Assembly (NCBI GenBank): GCA_001784285.1
Contig: MFQC01000011.1
Coordinates: 3,640-67,639 of the forward strand
Direction of reading: 5' to 3'
DNA: 64,000 bases
From: Candidatus Magasanikbacteria bacterium RIFCSPHIGHO2_02_FULL_48_18
GTDB lineage: Bacteria; Patescibacteriota; Patescibacteriia; Magasanikbacterales; UBA922
Shown here one piece after another: positions 57,615 through 64,000 of this stretch. The translations under genes were made by a program, and so were the position numbers. Below the pieces are notes generated by a model, which was not told where the DNA came from, ran no database searches, and was given only the letters and a program-made list of their open reading frames with translations. Numbering within the stretch: the stretch's first letter is position 1; each line of letters opens with the position of its first letter.

Positions 57615-58841
57615 CTAGAGTTCTTTAACAAAAAAGTCGTCAAAGACCGTCCATCCATTGCCGTCAATAACGGTAATTCCCAAACCGCCCGATCGAAACT
57701 CACTATCTTTAATTTCCTGGATATCAATATATTCTGTTCCGTTGAGTGACAGAAGAAACCGCATTTGCGGCCCTTTGGCTTCCACGCGCACAATATAATC
57801 CTTGTCGTCTTGAATCGTATTGTTGCCCAATGTTCCGCTTGCGAGCGTGTCCCATCCGGCAGGATTGAATTTTAATATCTGCCATTGGTTATCCCCGACG
57901 CCGCCAACCAAAAAATAATACCCATACCCGTTGGTATAATTGCCACGCACAAACAAACCGCTCCGGCTTGCCGATTGTGGGGAAACTGTGGCCGAATAAA
58001 CAAAATCATTTTCATTTTTCAGATTGCCCAAAATGGCTCTGTTCAGACCAGTATTTCGCGCTGAAAGACGCATCTTGCCATTATGCAGATACAAATTAAA
58101 AAATTGCTCTTTATCGCCGCCCGGCACTTTCCAATCTTTTCCAAATTCATCCGGCATATTGACCACATTCAACCGATCAAGCCGCACCGTAAAAACCGAA
58201 TCAAAACGGGAAAGCAGGGTAAATTGGGTGCGCTGTATTTTGGTCCAGTCAAACGACGCATCGGACGCAATAAACGGAACAAACTGATCTCTGGGAATTT
58301 TGACAAAATTCCATCCATTTTGAAGGTTCGAAAAACTGTATGCATAATAATTTTGCAACTCGACATCTCCAAACGCAAGCTCCATGGATTCAAACGCGGA
58401 AAAATCCGAAATATGCATCATAAAGGCGACATAATTCATCTGCGACAAATCGATATCCTTTTTGAAATAGGCAAGCGCCTCATTCCGATCCACGCTGACG
58501 AGCCCCAAACTGCGCTCCCCTTCAAACACGACATTTGTATCGTACAGCGCCTGGCCCTGCCATTTTTGATTTTCTCCCTCTTCAAAATAACTAATTGGCT
58601 GAACTGCGTTCGGCGGGTAGATGCTACTGTCCAAAGAAAAATTACTATTGTCTTTGGTGAGAGCCTCGACCGACACAATGCGGTCAGCAATCGAGGACAT
58701 TGTCTGCTTTTCTTTGTTGCCGCCGACAGGAGAAGATGAAAAAAAGAAAAAAAGCCCCGCCCCGACAGCCAAAAGAAAAATCACGCCTACACCAATCAAT
58801 AATTTTCCACTCTTTTTTTTTGCAGGTTCAGAAGAACTCAT
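57615..58841 (-). CDS. Membrane-anchored extracytoplasmic protein with C-terminal jelly-roll (DUF1080/LamG-like) domain
   Basis: N-terminal TM. C-terminus ...GNGWTVFDDFFVKEL. Confidence 0.45.
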   Translation of the reverse strand: MSSSEPAKKKSGKLLIGVGVIFLLAVGAGLFFFFSSSPVGGNKEKQTMSSIADRIVSVEALTKDNSNFSLDSSIYPPNAVQPISYFEEGENQKWQGQALYDTNVVFEGERSLGLVSVDRNEALAYFKKDIDLSQMNYVAFMMHISDFSAFESMELAFGDVELQNYYAYSFSNLQNGWNFVKIPRDQFVPFIASDASFDWTKIQRTQFTLLSRFDSVFTVRLDRLNVVNMPDEFGKDWKVPGGDKEQFFNLYLHNGKMRLSARNTGLNRAILGNLKNENDFVYSATVSPQSASRSGLFVRGNYTNGYGYYFLVGGVGDNQWQILKFNPAGWDTLASGTLGNNTIQDDKDYIVRVEAKGPQMRFLLSLNGTEYIDIQEIKDSEFRSGGLGITVIDGNGWTVFDDFFVKEL

Positions 58842-58948
58842 ATAAAAAAAATAAAGTAATATATGCGATAAAAAATATATGCCACATGTATACTATCCAT
58901 AAATTAGCATAAAAAGAAAAGAAAGTAAACACATCTCTTTCATTTCTC

Positions 58949-60790
58949 TCAAGAATTTTTACCAGAAAATTCTCTATTCAAAAATACCGCCACTTGATCA
59001 TCTTGGTACACCGCCTCAAATGATTCTTCTTGAATCAGCCAGAGATATTGAGAAAAATCATATTCCAAGGCAAGAATAACGTATTTGACACCCATGCCAT
59101 CGAGAAAAAACGCAACGTCGCCGTGCGGAATCTGTTCGCGGACAATGGCCCACTCAATCTCTTTTGATTCTGGCCGCAGGCTGGTGGTATAGATGCTCCC
59201 CTTTTCAATATTATCGCCGGCAATCACTTTTTTGCCAAAAAAAACACCCGCCGGATTTCCAACGACGCGATACTCGGTGAAACTCAAGGGGAGATACCGG
59301 TGCCATGGCAAAAAAAGAACACGATATGACGATTCATCCTTTACCAAAATGTCACGCGCCGCATACCAACCCTTAGGATAAACCGAGGCGCTTATTTGGC
59401 CGCCAAACCCAAAAAACATGAGGGGCATCAAAAAAAATGGCAAAAAAACAAGAAAAAATCGAAAAAAATGGAGCCCCACCCCGCAGAGCGGGGTGGTACC
59501 AGTTGTCACCGCCCGGTGGGGCGGAATCCGCCGACCAACCGACTCCACGGCTAAAACCATGGCATCATTTGGCGGATGACGCTGAAAAAATGGAAAAATA
59601 ATCTCGATGCCTGCGCTTCCCACATACGCGAGAGAAAGCGCCAAAAGCGCCTGCCATTTTTGGGTGTCGCGCAGTCCTTCATAAAACGGAATATGCGTAA
59701 AAAGCCAGTACGTCATACGTCCGCTCGCTGGGTGGCCGATACCGAGCGCCAATATCGTACTTACGAGCATAAGGAAAAAAAACGCTCCGACCAGCCATAT
59801 ACGCGCTATCGGGGACGGTTCTTTGCTTGTTTTTATCGAACCAAAACGGAGACAACGGAGACATCTTCTTAAAAATATAAAAATAGGTACAAAACACAAC
59901 GCCAACAGCAGAAGATGCCACACAGTCCATCCGGGAACGACATTCCGCGGCAAGAGATATCGGAAGTCGCGCTCGCCCCAAAAACCATGCAAAGAAAAAA
60001 TGGTAGATATGGAAGATCCTAAATTGCCATAAGACGGAACTTCTGTTCCAAATTCAATAAAATCATTCCAGGTGATATGTGCGAGCGTTTGCTCCACACG
60101 CCCGTAGCGAACTATCGCTCCGGCCCAAACAAGAAAAATAACAGCGCACAAAACAATCAGATAGCGCCCTAGATATTTTTTTCCGTGCGCCATGACCATG
60201 TGTCTATTCTGCCGCATGCAAAAAAAAGAACAGGACAACATGCCAACAAGCAAAACAACCAGCGGAAAAATATGAATGCTTGCGCCAAGGACAAGTGCGC
60301 TCCACACAAGCAGTCTTCCTCCGGAACGCCATCGGGGATGTTCCAAAAAATCGACGAATGCGGAAACGAGAAAAGGAAGCAATGCGTAGGCGAGCAAAAA
60401 ATTCATTTGCCCGAAGAAAAATCGCGCGTAGACAAACGCATTCCATCCATAAAAGAACCCTGCAAACAATTTTGCCGGCAAAGAAAAACGGACAAATCGG
60501 TGCATGCCGTATGCGCCCAAAAAAAGAATGCCGGCAAAATATACTTTTTCCAAGAGCCAAAGAGGAAGCCCAAAGCCCGAATGAAATATATAAAAAAACC
60601 ACACGCCAAGATGCGGAAAAAACAATCCGGGCCGTTCGGCAACGATCGGCGTTGTCCAATCCAAAAGAAAAATATCCCCCGGACGTAGCCACGGAGCGAT
60701 GACCAAAAATGCCAATGCTCCATACAGAAAAAATGGGAGAGAACGGACAAAAAACATTGATTTTTTTGGCTCCAGCCGAGAAAACAACAT
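58949..60790 (-). CDS. Large polytopic membrane protein, GT-C-like glycosyltransferase candidate
   Basis: More than 12 TM helices then a soluble C-terminal domain. Start ambiguous (60790/60757). Confidence 0.5.
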   Translation of the reverse strand: MLFSRLEPKKSMFFVRSLPFFLYGALAFLVIAPWLRPGDIFLLDWTTPIVAERPGLFFPHLGVWFFYIFHSGFGLPLWLLEKVYFAGILFLGAYGMHRFVRFSLPAKLFAGFFYGWNAFVYARFFFGQMNFLLAYALLPFLVSAFVDFLEHPRWRSGGRLLVWSALVLGASIHIFPLVVLLVGMLSCSFFCMRQNRHMVMAHGKKYLGRYLIVLCAVIFLVWAGAIVRYGRVEQTLAHITWNDFIEFGTEVPSYGNLGSSISTIFSLHGFWGERDFRYLLPRNVVPGWTVWHLLLLALCFVPIFIFLRRCLRCLRFGSIKTSKEPSPIARIWLVGAFFFLMLVSTILALGIGHPASGRMTYWLFTHIPFYEGLRDTQKWQALLALSLAYVGSAGIEIIFPFFQRHPPNDAMVLAVESVGRRIPPHRAVTTGTTPLCGVGLHFFRFFLVFLPFFLMPLMFFGFGGQISASVYPKGWYAARDILVKDESSYRVLFLPWHRYLPLSFTEYRVVGNPAGVFFGKKVIAGDNIEKGSIYTTSLRPESKEIEWAIVREQIPHGDVAFFLDGMGVKYVILALEYDFSQYLWLIQEESFEAVYQDDQVAVFLNREFSGKNS

Positions 60791-60821
60791 AAAAAAACTG
60801 AAAGAGTGCGAGGTTGCTTCC

Positions 60822-61211
60822 TCACGTCTTTGCCTTTTTAAGGTGAGCCCACCATCGCCGGGCAATAAGAAAGAGTACCCCCGCCATAGTACTGCCCCCA
60901 ACACAGAAAAAAATAGAGAGCGGACTCACGGGAAGCCCCAAATAATTCGCAGAAAAAATAATCAACGGCACAATTGCAAACGACAATCCGATAGAAAGCA
61001 CCAACCGTTCGAGCATGTCAATTTTTTTTTCTGATCCGGGGAACAGAATATAACTCAACACAAGCCCCGGGAGAACAGTTATATATATGAGGCCGAAAAC
61101 AATACGAAAACCTTTCACAACCCCGGTTGCCATAATACCCAACCAAAGCGAAAAAACGACCAACACGGATAAAAGAATAATAACCAAACCAATCTTCTGT
61201 TTCATATGCAT
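60822..61211 (-). CDS. Small membrane protein
   Basis: Four hydrophobic helices. Confidence 0.4.
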   Translation of the reverse strand: MHMKQKIGLVIILLSVLVVFSLWLGIMATGVVKGFRIVFGLIYITVLPGLVLSYILFPGSEKKIDMLERLVLSIGLSFAIVPLIIFSANYLGLPVSPLSIFFCVGGSTMAGVLFLIARRWWAHLKKAKT

Positions 61212-61215
61212 GGCG

Positions 61216-61659
61216 CTATGGAGATGCGTCTTCCTCGAAAAAAAAGAGTGATAAAAGAATGGCAAGAATCGTGGCGCCAACACTATACATCCAGCGAATC
61301 CACCCCGCTTGATCTATTATCAAATAGACCATAAGCCCGGTGAACAGCCCCATGCCGAGCACGTACCCCCCCTCCCATTTTGCCCGGTGTTCTCTCTTCT
61401 CTTGGCAAGAGAGATTTTTTTTAGTATACTCGGTTTGCTTTTCCGTTCGGGCATCTCCTGATTGGGGGGGATACACAAAAGAAAAAAATATCAAAAAAAG
61501 CCCCCAGGCGATACACCAACTGAAGAAAACAGGGACAAACACGCGAGAGAGCTGAAAAAATTTTTCATGAAAAAAACCAATAAAAATCAACACTACATAG
61601 AGAAAAAACGAGGCATAGAATACATATTGTATCAAAGAAAAAATGGATTTTTTCAACAT
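61216..61659 (-). CDS. Small membrane protein
   Basis: Hydrophobic helices. Confidence 0.4.
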   Translation of the reverse strand: MLKKSIFSLIQYVFYASFFLYVVLIFIGFFHEKFFQLSRVFVPVFFSWCIAWGLFLIFFSFVYPPQSGDARTEKQTEYTKKNLSCQEKREHRAKWEGGYVLGMGLFTGLMVYLIIDQAGWIRWMYSVGATILAILLSLFFFEEDASP

Positions 61660-61747
61660 ATCCCGGCTATAACATCGAAACGAGTATAGCAAGAAAAAAA
61701 ATCCCTGACCATAGATACATACGAGTAATTGATTCCTATCTTATTGT

Positions 61748-62677
61748 ATGTCCATACTGATTACCGGCGGAGCCGGCTTCCAGGGGAGCCACCTTGCGGA
61801 GCGTCTTATACACGAAGGCCACCATGTCACCATTCTCGGCACCGATTCGGAGCGCGCGGAAAAAAATATCGCGGCAATCGGCGGACCGGTCACATGGATC
61901 CGCGGAAGCATTACGGACCAAGAAATTGTGGAAAAAACGGTTCGCAATTGCGATACGGTTATTCACTTGGCCGCCCATATCCATGTTGATGAATCCATCA
62001 AAAATCCAAGGGCGACAGTAGAGGTCAACGTGATGGGAACGCTGAACGTTCTTGAAGCGGCGAGAAAATATGGCAAACGGCTCATCCACGGCAGCAGTTG
62101 CGAAGTATATGGCGCCATGAAAGAGGGCGACGCAAGCATGGATGAAACGTATGAACTCCGCCCTTTCAGCCCGTATGCCGCGTCCAAAGCCGCAGTGGAC
62201 CGGCTGTGTTTTGCCTATGTGAAGACGTACGACATGGACATCGCAATCGTCCGCCCATTCAATGTATTTGGCGAACGCCAGAAAGACGGACCCGGCGGCG
62301 CGCTTATTCCTATTTTGGTTTCACGCGCGCTTGAAGGAGAACCGCTCACCATCTATGGAGACGGCGAACAAAAACGGGATTATATTTATATCAGCGATCT
62401 TATTGACGCCTATGTTCTCGTGTTGCGCACGCCAAACCTCAAAGGACAGGTAATCAATTTTGGGACCGGCTCTGCAACCTCGATCAAAGATATTGCCACC
62501 TATATCGGAAAAAAGCTCAACGCGCCAATCATACACGGCCCCGCGCGCCCGGGCGAAGTTTCCAATTTTGTCGCCAACATTGAAAAAGCGAAACACCTTG
62601 GCTTTTCCCCTAAAATTTCCATCTGGGAAGGCATTGACCGATACATCGCATGGAAGACACAAACCGATGCCGTATGA
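61748..62677 (+). CDS. NAD-dependent epimerase/dehydratase (SDR family)
   Basis: ILITGGAGFQGSHL Rossmann motif, YxxxK region present. Confidence 0.8.
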   Translation: MSILITGGAGFQGSHLAERLIHEGHHVTILGTDSERAEKNIAAIGGPVTWIRGSITDQEIVEKTVRNCDTVIHLAAHIHVDESIKNPRATVEVNVMGTLNVLEAARKYGKRLIHGSSCEVYGAMKEGDASMDETYELRPFSPYAASKAAVDRLCFAYVKTYDMDIAIVRPFNVFGERQKDGPGGALIPILVSRALEGEPLTIYGDGEQKRDYIYISDLIDAYVLVLRTPNLKGQVINFGTGSATSIKDIATYIGKKLNAPIIHGPARPGEVSNFVANIEKAKHLGFSPKISIWEGIDRYIAWKTQTDAV

Positions 62678-63330
62678 AAACGATTGCGGTTATTCCGGCA
62701 TATAACGAAGCAAAACACATCGCAGAGATTGTGAGCGAAGTAAAAAAATATGTCCCGGATGTGCTCGTGATTGACGACGCATCAGCCGATGCGACGCGGG
62801 AGCTGGCGAAAAGAGCCGGCGCCACCGTGCTTCGGCATCCAATCAATCTGGGGAAAGCCGGAGCCATCAAAACAGGTTGCGACGCCGCTCTGTCTCTTCA
62901 AGCGGAAATCATTATTTTGCTTGACGGAGACGGCCAGCATGACCCCAAACATATCCCTGAATTCCTTGCCGCGTTGGACGAACAGACAGATATTGTTTTT
63001 GGTTCACGCAACGATTTGAACTCCATGCCGTTTGTCCGAAGGCTGGGGACGAAAATGCTTGAAATAAGCATGAAACGTCTTTTTCATGTCAATATTCTTG
63101 ATATGCAATGCGGATACCGCGCCTTTCGCACTCGAGTCTATGCTCTTTTGCAATGGAACTCAAACAATTATCATGCGGATGCGGAAATCACCGCGCGGGT
63201 TGGAAAAAACAACCTCCGCTATAAAGAAATTTTTATTGACACCATTTATCATGATTCATACAAAGGCATGACCATCATTGACGGCCTGACGCTTCTTGGA
63301 AAAATATTCATTTGGAAATTAACGCTATGA
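62674..63330 (+). CDS. Glycosyltransferase family 2 (polyprenol-phosphate sugar transferase-like)
   Basis: KTIAVIPAYNE...VIDDASAD...DGDGQHDP motifs. Confidence 0.8.
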   Translation: MKTIAVIPAYNEAKHIAEIVSEVKKYVPDVLVIDDASADATRELAKRAGATVLRHPINLGKAGAIKTGCDAALSLQAEIIILLDGDGQHDPKHIPEFLAALDEQTDIVFGSRNDLNSMPFVRRLGTKMLEISMKRLFHVNILDMQCGYRAFRTRVYALLQWNSNNYHADAEITARVGKNNLRYKEIFIDTIYHDSYKGMTIIDGLTLLGKIFIWKLTL

Positions 63331-63659
63331 TTACCATCCAGCTTTTCGGCGTGATTATTGGACTCAGCGCTCTGCACCTCACGCATCTGTATTATAAACG
63401 AAAACATTTTACCAAAAAGGAGCTCATTTTCTGGCTTCTCATCTGGTTTGGATTTCTCTTTATTGCGATATTTCCCATGAGTGTCCGCCCCATCGTGGGG
63501 TATTTGCATCTCAATCGGTCCATGGACCTTATCATGATTATCGCGTTTGTCATTATTTTCGGGCTTTCGTTTCACAATTATGTCATGAACCGGAGACAGT
63601 GCGACAAACTCGAACGCTTGGTTCGGGAGCTGACCATGAAAGACATAACGAAAAAATAA
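63312..63659 (+). CDS. DUF2304-like small membrane protein commonly paired with GT2
   Basis: Three TMs. Gene order GT2 then small membrane protein. Confidence 0.5.
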   Translation: MEINAMITIQLFGVIIGLSALHLTHLYYKRKHFTKKELIFWLLIWFGFLFIAIFPMSVRPIVGYLHLNRSMDLIMIIAFVIIFGLSFHNYVMNRRQCDKLERLVRELTMKDITKK

Positions 63660-63686
63660 AAACTATACTTGGACGATACAGCATAT

Positions 63687-64000
63687 ATGAAAAAAAACAA
63701 TTTTTTTTTCACGGTTGATGTCGAAGAATGGTTTGCCTCGACAAAAATTCTTTCTCTCGACAAAAACGCCGTCTATGAAAATTCCAGTGATACTGTGGAA
63801 ACAATGACATGGCTTATCCACCTTCTCAACAAATATAATATACGCGGAACATTTTTTTTTATTACCACCATTGCAAAACGCCATCCTGAACTAGTCCATA
63901 TGCTCTTGGAAAAAGGACACGAAATTGCACTTCATGGGATGACTCATGAACACTTGAACCACGTAACCTCTGATGCATTTGCGTCAATGGTGCGCCAGGC
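63687..64000 (+). CDS. Polysaccharide deacetylase (NodB homology), C-terminus off window
   Basis: FFFTVDVEEWF...FFITTIAKRHPELVHMLLEKGHEIALHGMTHEHL. Not in ORF track (no in-window stop). Confidence 0.65.
   Translation, partial: MKKNNFFFTVDVEEWFASTKILSLDKNAVYENSSDTVETMTWLIHLLNKYNIRGTFFFITTIAKRHPELVHMLLEKGHEIALHGMTHEHLNHVTSDAFASMVRQ

Overview
The window has two compositionally distinct parts. Bases 1-3975 are very GC-rich (about 65-70% by eye) and carry three minus-strand secreted/membrane protein genes. One of them is a lipoprotein with Myxococcus-type Cys-rich repeats. This block is interrupted at 454-1050 by an AT-rich, heavily structured non-coding stretch ending in a tRNA-like T-arm/acceptor/CCA module plus terminator. 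It ends at a 63-nt GC palindrome exactly at the GC boundary. The rest (about 45-50% GC) looks like a CPR/Patescibacteria-type small genome. It carries three tandem HEPN/MNT toxin-antitoxin pairs whose cassette ends share a conserved approximately 35-nt motif. It carries a 2598-aa giant protein gene preceded by two small ORFs and a Wzz-like gene. It carries smpB-ssrA, infC-rpmI-rplT, tRNA-Asp with a degenerate tandem copy, a pps gene with a 244-aa membrane/extracytoplasmic C-terminal extension, and a long S10/spc ribosomal-protein cluster (tuf to secY-adk-map) lacking L30 and having the Zn-type S14. It also carries an unlinked 16S rRNA gene with a GIY-YIG ORF inserted in a hairpin loop between perfect 19-bp inverted repeats, a GC-rich PLP-enzyme gene next to alr, an IS5-family element with an A6G frameshift site, and a cell-envelope glycan cluster. 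The most notable non-genic signals are a perfect sigma70 promoter driving a roughly 95-nt hairpin RNA, two copies of a TTCGTA-repeat palindromic element (at the ssrA 5' end and inside the r-protein operon), and an internal promoter plus attenuator-like leader between rpsJ and rplC. No CRISPR array was seen. All calls come from reading the sequence and ORF translations; no database searches were run.
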